A stretch of DNA of 31,902 nt from Octopus sinensis. Lineage: Eukaryota. Position numbers and translations under genes: made by a program. Positions 21,859 to 31,902 of the stretch are shown one piece after another (positions within the stretch are counted from its first letter, which is position 1; each line of letters begins with the position of its first letter). The stretch is from contig NW_021832157.1 in the NCBI RefSeq assembly GCF_006345805.1, forward strand, positions 1 to 31,902, written 5' to 3'. Below the pieces are notes generated by a model that did not search any database, was not told where the DNA came from, and saw nothing but the letters and a program-made list of their open reading frames with translations.

Positions 21859-22623
21859 CTCAATCTCCTCTTTCGTCATTCCACTACTTCCCAACACTCC
21901 GGCATTTGTCCTACCTTAGCTCCAGTTCTTTGAGCTTTATGTTTCCTTCTCTCGACTTAAGAAATGTAATACATTCTAGATATCTTTACCAATCACAAGG
22001 TGCAATTAAGTAAAAAAAATAATAAAAAAAAAGAAAGAGAAAAATAAGTAATAATAGCGAAAATAACAGAACTGCTCAAAATTAATTTCGTTAACAGACT
22101 TCCCAGGCGCCTGTTTAAGTAAGCACATACACACCTTTACGCACACACATAGACACACGCTCAAACTCAACATACATACACACACTGCAATATATACATA
22201 CACACAAACGTGCATGCACATACGCACATAGACACATATATGTACACACACCTATATGTATGTTTATAAATATTTGTATATATATATATATTGTGTTTGT
22301 GTATATACATATACATATGTGAATATAAACAAGATATAGGTGTATACATATATATATACATACATATAGGTGCATATACACCTATATACAAGTATATATA
22401 TATATATATGCAAGTATACATGTATGTGTGTGTGAGTGAGTGTGTGTGTGTATGCACGCGCGCATTCCTGTATATTCTGTACTTGAAGAAAATATACATA
22501 TCTGAACTGTAGTACTCAATACAAGACTGGTGTATATTTTATCCTAGTCGCCTTACACAATATATACACGTATATGTGCATGTTTGTATGCGTCAATGCG
22601 AACACACGTGCGTGTGTGTATGC

Positions 22624-22655
<32 letters not shown>

Positions 22656-22836
22656 ATGATATTATATATATTATATATAATCTATATATATATATATAAT
22701 CTATTATATATATATTATATATATAGTTAATCCAAACAGAAAACACAGAAAAAAACACAGCAACGCGAGGACTTTGAACAAATAAAGTATTATTGACGCT
22801 CATATATATATATATATATAATATAATATATATATA

Positions 22837-23220
22837 CAGGGTGCGATGGCTAAATTGTCGCATTTGATATTTTTGATTTCGCACATGCGCATTGTTTGTT
22901 TTTGATTTTGTCGATTGCACTGTATAGCTGGGTCCGTTGGGCACCATGACACAATTCACCCTGACAGGAATCTAGAAACGACAGGCTGTACTGCTTGGTA
23001 TTCGCGCCGGAACCCCCAATACGAACATTTCAGAATGTTTGGGTGTCAATCTGAGAACAGAGGATTCGGAAAGTCTTGGACGAGTCTAATGGTGATTACG
23101 AAGGTACGGCAGCTTGGAAAACTCATTCTGATTGTTCTGATAAGAAAAGAACTCCTGAATTTGTTAATGCGATCCAGGCTATGATTAACAACGATGTCTC
23201 CAAGTCAATCAGGTCCATCA
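22837..23220 (+). mobile_element. Tc1/mariner (maT/DD37D-like) transposon 5' end: left TIR + N-terminal transposase pseudogene
   Basis: TA|CAGGGTGCGATGGCTAAATTG terminus; from ATG 22946 MTQFTLTGI*KRQAVLLGIRAG..., then DESNGDYEGTAAWKTHSDCSDKKRTPEFVNAIQAMINNDVSKSIRSI (HS..SD..RTPEF..KS.R.I pattern); truncated. Confidence 0.8.
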
Positions 23221-23614
23221 AGGGGAGAGAATCGCTGAGAGAATCGTTGTTTTTATCTATATTTTATTGCTACTTTTTTGTGTTTGGTTTCAAGATTCTT
23301 TATGTGAATTCGTGCGTTGAAGCATATGAAGACACAAACACATGAATATGCCGAATATACACATACACGCATGCGTACACAAACGCAAACGTACACACAC
23401 GCATATATATTAATCAGCCGAAATTGCGAGGATAATCCGGTTCTTGACTGAAGATTGAAGGCTTCGAATGTCTCGTCCGTGTTTTTTGTATCGTCTTCTA
23501 AATGTTTTGCGTTCTTATATATATACATATACATACATGCATGCATACATGCATACATACATGCATACCATACATACATACATACATACATGCATACATA
23601 CATACATACATACA

Positions 23615-23645
<31 letters not shown>

Positions 23646-24019
23646 GTGTATACACAACACTGATGCACGCACATGCACACAAACAAACAAAAAGAACGCA
23701 GCTCTGATAACGGACAGATTCAACGACTATTGAAAAGGTTACAAGGTGCAACGAAAATTTTAGAAAAAATAAATGAGTGGAAATCGAACCGGTGCGTGTG
23801 TTAAATAAGAAGGCTCTGAAAGGGAATGACTCTCCCCAGGCACAATAAAATTATTTTATCATATTTCTATATGAGGAGGTGTGTGGCTGAAATGCTACAA
23901 CAAGAGCATCGAAGTCAGAGGACCTTACTTTGAAGGACAATAGTTTTATATTTCTTTGCAAGTAATAAATCTCTCTCCTGAAAAAAATCTCAAAACTTCT
24001 GGAAAACACTTTGCGTGCG

Positions 24020-24230
24020 CGTTTTACTTGTTTCAGTCATTTGGCTGCAACAATGCAGGGGCAACACGTTGAAGGGTTTTAGTCGAACAAATCGGCCCCA
24101 GGACTTATTCTTTGTAGGCTTAGTACTTATTCTATCGTTCTCTTTTGCCGAACCGCTATGTTACGGGGACCTAAAGACACCGACATTGGTTGTCAAGCGA
24201 TGGTGAGGAAATAAACACAGATACAAACAC
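24020..24230 (-). mobile_element. SINE family A 3' module
   Basis: TTTTACTTGTTTCAGTCATTTGGCTGC...TCTCTTTTGCCGAACCGCTA...GGTTGTCAAGCGATGG. Confidence 0.88.
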
Positions 24231-24240
24231 ACACTCGCAC

Positions 24241-24295
<55 letters not shown>

Positions 24296-24298
<3 letters not shown>

Positions 24299-24469
24299 GG
24301 AGTAAGCACATAAATTTGAAACAAGGTGGAAAAAAAGTACTCAAATACCAGAGGTAGAGTAATATGCTTTATTTAAAAGCAGCAGAAATAGAACAAAATT
24401 GTCCGACGAACGGGAATGTGAAACTCTGAGTAACAGCTTTTGTTATATTTCTGCTGCTTTTAAATAAAG
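24296..24469. mobile_element. Hammerhead-bearing element family H3 with inverted partial repeat (Penelope-type inversion)
   Basis: 32-bp inverted repeat 24367-24398 / 24438-24469 (1 mismatch) enclosing a hammerhead motif; the left end abuts (TA)n. Confidence 0.7.
24399..24436 (+). ncRNA. Minimal type I hammerhead ribozyme motif (U4C variant)
   Basis: TTGT-CCGACGA-ACG-GGAA-TGT-GAA-ACTC-T-GAGT-A-ACAG: stem I TTGT/ACAG, stem II ACG/TGT, quasi-palindromic stem III ACTC/GAGT, cleavage triplet GUA. Confidence 0.72.
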
Positions 24470-24487
24470 TATATGTATGTATGTATG

Positions 24488-24524
<37 letters not shown>

Positions 24525-24758
24525 ATGTGTGTATGTGTGTGTGTCTTCTAACTGTGTGTGTATGCCGCTATGAAGTTAGTGTTTCATGTTGATCTAGACT
24601 TCCATGTAGATTTTCGTCAAAAGATATTTGCATTCAGGTGACCATAAATTGTATCGGTTTCGGTGCATTATTCTATTCTAAAAAAAATTTAATATATCTA
24701 TCCTCATGTCACTGCTAGCCTTAAACGGCTGATCACAGAAAGATCTTATTTCCTCTAC

Positions 24759-24784
24759 CTGATGAGAGACACAGTCCTCGAAAC
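24759..24784 (+). ncRNA. Hammerhead core remnant
   Basis: CTGATGA-GAGAC-ACA-GTCCTC-GAAAC; stem II has a one-base bulge; stem III and the cleavage site are missing (A-rich run follows). Confidence 0.5.
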
Positions 24785-25056
24785 AAAACAAAAAAAACCC
24801 TCTGTAGAAACATACACGCTGCGAGATATGGTGGCTTATATTTTCTTCATACTGTGTATCATAAATCGTGCCTTTCTATTTATGTTACCATTGACTAGAC
24901 TTACTATTGTAGCTCCAAATAACCCATTATCTTTATAAACATGTGTTGAGCACTTTTGGTAAGAAATACGTCACTGACACTAATTATGATGTACCACGTT
25001 GAGTAAATGTGCGTTTTGTATATATACATTCATTATATACACACGCAGACTCACAC

Positions 25057-25093
<37 letters not shown>

Positions 25094-25182
25094 CGCATAT
25101 ACATACGTATAGGTGCGCGTATGTGTGTATGCATGTATATGTATACATTCATACACATATGTATATGTGTGTATAGATTGTT

Positions 25183-25241
<59 letters not shown>

Positions 25242-25332
25242 CATACACACATAGTAACAGTTCAGTGTACGTAATTCTATATATTTACGCACTCTAATGT
25301 ACAAATATTAACATATATACAGGCACACTGTT

Positions 25333-25387
<55 letters not shown>

Positions 25388-25465
25388 CATATATTCATCT
25401 ATCTGTCCTCCTCCTCCTCACTCTCTCTCTCTCTATCTTTTTCTATGTTTATAGGCACATGTATA

Positions 25466-25527
<62 letters not shown>

Positions 25528-26114
25528 TATATATATATATATGTGTGTATATACATATATATACAGTCATACATTTTGAACCACACATATGTAAATTATC
25601 ACTAATTTGGCGGTGCGAAAAACGATAGTTTAAAAAAAAAATTCGTATTGTTCAGGTTAATTTGGCAGAAGAAAAAAAATTTCGTTTCCTTCTATTTTTT
25701 TCCATAAAATAAAGAAAGCTACCAAATACTGAGAAAAGGTTCCTAGACATGAATATATTCGAATGTATTTCTATTTATTTAACACACACACACACACACA
25801 CACACGTGTATATATGCGTGTGTATATATGTGTGTGCGTGTGTATATATATATTGTATTGTTTTCTATTGTATTGTGTTGTTATTTGTTGAATATGAAAC
25901 TATGAAAACATTGTGTTGAACAGAAGCATCACTGAATACCTTCCGGTAGAGTAACATTTATATTTTATTTCAATAAAGAAAAGGATCGACTGTTGCTTCG
26001 AAATTTGGGCTGAACGGTTGTCATCAGATGGCTACCAAACTGAAGCTATGACGTAATTTTCAATCTTTTCTTGGTAAAATCATAATGCATATTTTTGTAA
26101 AATTTATAGGAATA

Positions 26115-26420
26115 TGTCTCTGTCTGTCTCTCTGTCTGTCTGTCTGTCTGTCTGTCTGTATGTATGTATGTATGTATGTATGTATGTATGTATGTATGTA
26201 TGTATGTATGTATGTGTGTGTATGTATGTATGTATGTATGTAATTATTCAATTTATTTCAAGATTTCTTGCCAATACAGAAAGAACCGGTTTCTTACCTA
26301 GTTCCAAGGCTCCTTCATCGGAATTTCAACATCAACAACAGGGTATTTTTGTATGTATGTATGAATGTATGTATGTATGTATGTATGTATGTATGTATGT
26401 ATGTATGTATGTATGTATGT
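26115..26420. repeat. (TGTC)n/(TATG)n arrays around a short interspersed fragment
   Basis: Direct reading. Confidence 0.9.
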
Positions 26421-26549
26421 GCAGACTTGTATGTTTTATGTATGCATTCTCATGCATATAGTTGCGTATCTAGACATGCTCATATATATTTAAACGCTAA
26501 ACTTCTGGAAAGCTTTACAGTTTTTACTGTTCCAGTGATGGTTTGGATA

Positions 26550-27398
26550 TGTATGAATGTATGCACATGTGCAGATTGTAAGAAAGGCAACATGTAAGGC
26601 AACTGGAACGATACCATCAATACTGTCTGAGAAAAATTTTTAGGAATAAGCTGGAAAATGGCCATTAGTAATGTGGAGGTACTTGGGAGGAGTGGCTGCA
26701 GAAGTCAGTGATTCTGCAAAGAAGTTTGAGGTGGGAGAGACATCTGGTAAAGATGAGTGATGAGAGATTGCCCAAGCAGCTATTGTATGGTGAGCTGGAA
26801 GACAGCAGGAGACCAGCGCATAAGCCTAAACTACTGCCTTAAAAATGCTATCATACAGACCATAATTGCAGTTGTTCATTCGGAGTGGGAGGCAAAAAAC
26901 CGGGATAGATGAAGGGAGACAGTGCATAGTTGCTGTTTGGGGATTGAGTGGAAGAGAGTGAAGCATGAGAGAATTAGGAGGGGGCTTAGAAGGAGGGAAC
27001 CTGTGGAGAGTGAGGGAGGTGTTGCTTTTTGTGTGTGTGGCTTGTGGGAGGAGGTGTTTGAGTCGTGCAGACTTGGTCAGCCATCAGAAATCTCATAAGA
27101 ATCGACCCCTGATAAACAGTGATGTGGCAATTACAATTCACAACAGAACACGTGTAAAATGTGAAAGGGTAAGCCTCTCAGTCGGAGGTCTTAAAAGACA
27201 TGTTAAGAGGAGTGCATACGATGGCACTTGTTTCTCCTGCCTGCCAGCCAGCACAGCTATGCAGTATATAATAAAATGTGTAAAACTTTGGCTGGGCTTA
27301 AAAGTCATAGAAGGGCATCACATGGCATCAATAATGAATCATTTCAGTAAGTCTTTTTGGCAATGGCTTTTCTCGTTTAACGAGGGTGCAGCTGTGAT
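26550..27398 (+). mobile_element. 5'-truncated RTE-clade LINE: C-terminal ORF pseudogene with C2H2 fingers and intact 3' end
   Basis: RQHVRQLERYHQYCLRKILGISWK..NVEVL / LRWERHLVKMSDERLPKQLLYGEL..RP / WEAKNRDR*RETV / FVCVACGRRCLSRADLVSHQKSH; 3' stem-loop CTCGT-TTA-ACGAG at 27372-27384. Confidence 0.9.
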
Positions 27399-27714
27399 AT
27401 GTGCAGGTTTGTACGTTTTATTTTATGTATGTCTTCTCATACATATGCTTGCGTATCTAGACGTGCTTTTATATACTTAAATGATAAACCTCTGGAAAGT
27501 TTCACAGATTTTTATAGTTCCAGTGATGGCTTGGATTTGTAGCCTTCGAATCAGCTTTCATCTTTCTAGTTTTGAGAAGCCTAGTTTCTCAAGATTGGTA
27601 TTTAGGCAGTGTGTGTGTGTGTGTTGTGAAATGCTGCGCTGTATATCGCCTTGCAATATCTTCTTACAGAATATATAACAAAATGCATCAAATTTTATTC
27701 CTTTGAGGAAATCT

Positions 27715-27920
27715 CTGCGTGGTTTTGAGACCTGCTAGAAATATCAGTCAAATCTTCCAGAAATCACATCTCACGGTCTATAAAAAAGAAACAAACGAAC
27801 GAAGGAAAGAAAGAAAGAAAAGTGAGATCGGCTGAGGTAGTCCTAGATACGATTGGGAAGATAGGATGGTCATTGTTGGAATATCTTCTCAAACAAGGCT
27901 AGCCTTGGGCTACAACAATA
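27715..27920 (+). repeat. Interspersed repeat fragment; related piece at 20275-20400
   Basis: CTAGAAATA.CAG.CA...CC..AAATCACAT is shared between the two sites. Confidence 0.6.
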
Positions 27921-28009
27921 ACATCAGCAACAACAACGAAACTCAATCACAGTTTACTAGTGTATTAATAGCATTGTATATAAACTAGATAATAGGGTGA
28001 ACTACATTT

Positions 28010-28860
28010 GGTGGTGGTGTTTGTGATGGTGGTGGTGGTGGTGGTGGTGATGGTGGTATTGACGGTGGTGGTGGCTTTCTTGTTGGTTGCGGTATTGTTG
28101 TCGATGGTGTTGGTTATTAGTGAAGATGGTGGCGGTGGTGCCGATCCTTTCTCTTGTTTGTGGTGTTGTTGTTGTGGTGGTGGTGGTGGTGGGAGCAAGA
28201 GTTTACTAAAACAATACGTCGTCGCGCCATTTTCTCTGCTTTATTTGGAATTTTTTTTTAATAAGTTCATTATTTTTCAAGAAGGTGGTGGGGGAGGGAG
28301 GGGGGGTATGGAATCGGACGCTTTACTTCTTATTTACTCAACCCACTTTCTTTTGTTGTTGTTATTGGCGGCGGCGGTGATGTGACAGTTTTGGTGGGGG
28401 GGGTGGGGTTATGGTGTTGTTGTCGTTGTTGCTGTTGTTGTAGGTGGTGGTGGTTGTGCTCTTGCCGTTGCTGATGGAGGTGGTTTTGTTGTTGGTGGTG
28501 GTGGGGGCGTTTGTGTTGGTGGTGATGTTGGTAGTGTTGTGATGGTGGTGGTGGTGGTGGTGTTTGTGATGGTGGTGGTGGTGTTTGTGATGGTGGTGGT
28601 GGTGTTTGTGATGGTGGTGATGGTGGTTGTGATGGTTGGTGTGGTGGTGGTTGTGATGGTGATTGGTGTGATGGTGATGACGGTGGGGTGATAGTGATGG
28701 TGGTGGCAGCAGTAGTGATAGTGGTGGTGGTGGTGGTGGTGCTGCTGCTGCTACTGTTGCTGGTCTAGTGTTGGTGATGATAGTGTGGTGGTGGTAGTGG
28801 TGTCTAGTATGGTGATAGTGATGGTGATGGCTGTGGCGTCGGCTGTGGTGGCGGCAGTGG
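28010..28860. repeat. Low-complexity (GGT/GAT/GTT)n region including a 21-bp unit (TGTTTGTGATGGTGGTGGTGG) x~3
   Basis: Direct reading; 21-mer units from 28561. Confidence 0.9.
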
Positions 28861-28979
28861 TTGGGCGCGTGGGTTTGCAATTTATTTCTGTCATCTAATG
28901 GCTTTTAAAAATAAATGGAGATATTTTGTTTTTGTTTGCGTTGCTTTCACTACACAATCGAGCATGACCCTGTGCATCT

Positions 28980-29040
<61 letters not shown>

Positions 29041-29704
29041 CTAGAGTACTTATTGTATTGAAAATAGTCCACGTAGTGCAGGTGTATAACATGATAGTAC
29101 CATTTTCTGTATGCTGTGTGATATATATATATATATATATATCTAAGGTCTGGTGTACTCTATGGAATATATTAACGGTGCCTAGCGGTAGAATTGTTTT
29201 GAAATTATTTAGGATAATATATATGTGTGCAGTAAGGATAAGTGTTCGGCTCTGTGTAGCATGTAGCTGTAGAAGGTGTATGCAGTATGACAATGTATTC
29301 CATTCTTATCCATTTATGCATTTTCTGCTTTGTTGGTGAGATTATTTATACTGTCATGATAAAACTGTTCACTACAACACACACACAAGCAAACAAATGT
29401 TTACAGTCCGAACTATGCTTACTTATGGATTATGTTAAATAAGTGTGGTTAAGGCCGAGACGAATATGAATGCCTAGCGAGTTGGTCGTGACGTTCTACT
29501 GCCATCCTTCTAATCTTGAAGGTTGGATAGTTTTCCGCTGTCTAGTGGTTATGTCGGAAGAGGTAGTGAGATGGATGAGATTCCAAAGACTGAGTGTGGG
29601 CTCATCTGAGCGGTGATTGAGCATTGATGAAACTGCAACAGTTATAGCAAATGTGTCTTATGAAAGTCATTTAAACTCAAAAATATACGATAATGTTATT
29701 GTTA

Positions 29705-30345
29705 CAGAACAACTCGGCTTGAGGCAACACAGCTGATCTCAACAACGATGAGTTAATCCCAATACAACTCGGTTCAACACAAATCAGCACAACTCTGCTC
29801 AATGTAGGACATCTGATCTCAGAACATCACTACTCTACACAGCACAGCTGTTCCAAGCACCGCTGATCTAAGCACAGCTCTGTATAACACAATATAACGC
29901 GGGTCAATGCAGCAAAGTTGATCCCAGCAAAGCTCAGTTTAATACATAAGAGCTCAGTTCAACATAGATTTTAGCACATCTCGGTTCAGTGAGGGACACC
30001 TAATCTCAGAATATCTCTACTCAACACAAGTGCAGTTGGTCTAAGCACAGCTCTGTATAACACAGTACAACGCGACTCTATGCAGCAGAGCTGATCCCAG
30101 CACAGCTCAGTTTAACACATAAGAGCTTGCTTCAACACCTCAGTTCAATGTTGAACAGTTGATCTCAGAACAGTTCAGCTCGATTTAACTGATCAGCATA
30201 CCTCAATTCAATGCTATACAGCTGTTCCCAGAACAGCTCAACTCAAAATATCACCGCTCGATTCAACAGATCAGCGCACCTCAACGCCATGCAATACAGC
30301 TGATCTCAGCACAGTTCTGTTCAACCGAACACAGCTCAGCTTTAA
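29705..30345. repeat. Degenerate 5-nt-phased minisatellite (CAGCT/GATCT/CAGCA/CAGTT/CAACA) with ~173-188-bp higher-order repeat
   Basis: Pentamer register holds over long runs; 29868-29963 recurs at 30041-30137. Confidence 0.88.
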
Positions 30346-31514
30346 GAACATAACGGGGTCTGTCACAACTCCATTAAGACATTGTTCTGGAATATTTTCA
30401 GATCTTCTTCACCTCCAGCCCCACCCCCCATACATGCTTCATTTTTTTTTTTTTTTCCTCCCTTTTTGGCAAGCACCCTGCCATTTATTTTACCTCTTTC
30501 CCAATCCACCATCTGCTACAGACATTTATATAAGAAATAAACATACAAGTAAATACAGAAATAAATGTCTAAAGAAATACATAAAGCAATTTCTCAACCT
30601 TGATGTATTTTATTTTGCTTTATTTCCAGTTGTTTTTTACTTTTTGCTTTCTGATTCTTCTTTTAATGGTGGAGGGTTCTAAGATCGAGATGTTGTTTTA
30701 TGAAGTTACCATTGTGAGAAAGACAAAGCTTTCCGTTTTTCTGTAATCATTGTAATTTGTTTTCGTAGGGCGGTGGGAAGGAGGTGGGGGAAGCATTTAT
30801 TTTTGTTTGTTTTTCTTTTAGTTTGTCTCTTATCTTTTTTTATATTTATATTTTGCTATTTTGTTGGGTTTTTTGGGGGGTTCTTTTTTAAAGAAAAACA
30901 CTAGAAGGATGTTTTAACAGAAGACCGAACTATTAGGTGGATCTTCAACATTTTTACTGTGGGAGAGGTGAAGGGGAGGTGAAAGGGGGGGACAGAATGT
31001 GTGCATGTGCGTGTGTATTGCGTGTGTGTACGTGTGTGTGTATATGGGTGTGTGTATAAGTCTGTGTGTGTACAAGTGTGTGTATGGTGGTGCATGTGTG
31101 TGTGTGTAAATCTGTATGTGTGCAAATGTGTTGTGGTGCAAGTATGTGTCTGCGTGCGTGTGTGTGTGTGTGTGTGTGTGTAAAAAGTAGAGAAAAAGAG
31201 GAGTTACGTAAAACTGCCGACCCCGGTTAATTCTTGACATAACTTTTCGACTTACTTCTCTTTAAAGGGTTGGTAAAACAGACGCATAGATATATACGCA
31301 TATATACATACACACGCGCATACATACATAGACATGCACACATATACACATAGACACACGCGCATACACACATATATACATACACACACACACATACAAA
31401 CATATACACATATACGCATATATACATACACACACACAGATATATACACACGCATACACACACAAATTCAAAAATACACGTTCTCACATGCGCGTATGAA
31501 AGTATCTACGGATA

Positions 31515-31655
31515 TTTTTTGTCTTTTACTTGTTTCAGTCATTAGACTGCGGCCAAGCTGGGGCACCACCTTGAAAAAAATCATTTAGTGGAACCAATTG
31601 TTGACAGGACACTTTTAAAGCATGATGCTTATTCTATCGGTCCCTTTTGTCGAAG
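31515..31655 (-). mobile_element. SINE family A 3' module, degenerate
   Basis: TCTTTTACTTGTTTCAGTCATTAGACTGCGGCC..GCTGGGGCACCACCTTG...CTTATTCTATCGGTCCCTTTTG. Confidence 0.85.
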
Positions 31656-31670
31656 CGCTTTCTTTTCTAC

Positions 31671-31705
31671 TCTTCTGATGAAGAGCTAACGTCCGAAACG
31701 GTAAA
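31671..31705 (+). ncRNA. Hammerhead-like motif with canonical core
   Basis: TT-CTGATGA-A-GAGC-TAAC-GTCC-GAAAC-G-GTA-AA; stem II is weakened (one mismatch, one wobble) relative to GAGC/GCTC in families H1/H2. Confidence 0.55.
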
Positions 31706-31902
31706 TCGCTTTCTCATTTGCTATTAGTTAGTTAGTTAGTTAATGACAGAAAATGCAGGCGTTTGTTCTCCGATGATTCTGCAAATAGCTGAGAAACTAC
31801 TCAAGATAAAACAAAGCGGTTTCGGCTGATAAAGATAATTAAAACAATTATTAAAATTTATTTACACCTATTAACATTTCAGATAATGCCAGAAATGCTC
31901 CA

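Noticed and set aside
2150-25220. Single AA/TT phase slip in many long (TA)n arrays
   Set aside because: Likely a consensus or sequencing artefact, or ordinary slippage; cannot be judged without reads.
28290-28306. G5-A-G3-A-G7 potential G-quadruplex
   Set aside because: Isolated, inside low-complexity sequence, with no functional context.
28362-28880. 172-aa His/Thr/Pro-rich ORF (HHHHHK repeats)
   Set aside because: It lies wholly within (GGT/GAT)n low-complexity DNA, where an open frame is expected; no splice or codon evidence.
26-31588. Most ORF-track entries (YI/CV/HT/N/I/L/S homopolymer-like proteins)
   Set aside because: They are translations of di-, tri- and tetranucleotide microsatellites or SINEs, which lack stops in some frames by construction.

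Overview
Repeat-saturated, AT-rich eukaryotic genomic DNA. The tRNA-headed SINE families and the microsatellite load look like an Octopus (coleoid cephalopod) genome; this is inferred from recognition of the repeats, not from a database search. Almost all entries in the ORF track are translations of microsatellites and are not genes. Supportable content: (1) more than 15 SINE copies of at least three families; (2) two Tc1/mariner remnants, a hAT MITE with a perfect 8-bp TSD and a Helentron-type non-autonomous element; (3) several LINE remnants, including an RTE 3' fragment with C2H2 fingers bracketed by ~140-bp direct repeats; (4) candidate minus-strand exons of an unidentified gene (14041-13952, 13513-13419, 8547-8400) and a motif-rich putative promoter at ~21.6 kb (RFX X-box, NRF1, ETS); (5) a ~530/595-bp inverted duplication enclosing two of those exons; (6) a 5-nt-phased minisatellite with higher-order structure. 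The most system-like signal is five minimal hammerhead-ribozyme motifs (at 0.8, 11.55, 24.4, 24.76 and 31.7 kb) in short Penelope-LTR-like elements, three of which abut (TA)n arrays. Several carry core variants (U4C twice, A6U once), and one sits in the loop of a 32-bp hairpin. All alignments and folds were done by eye.
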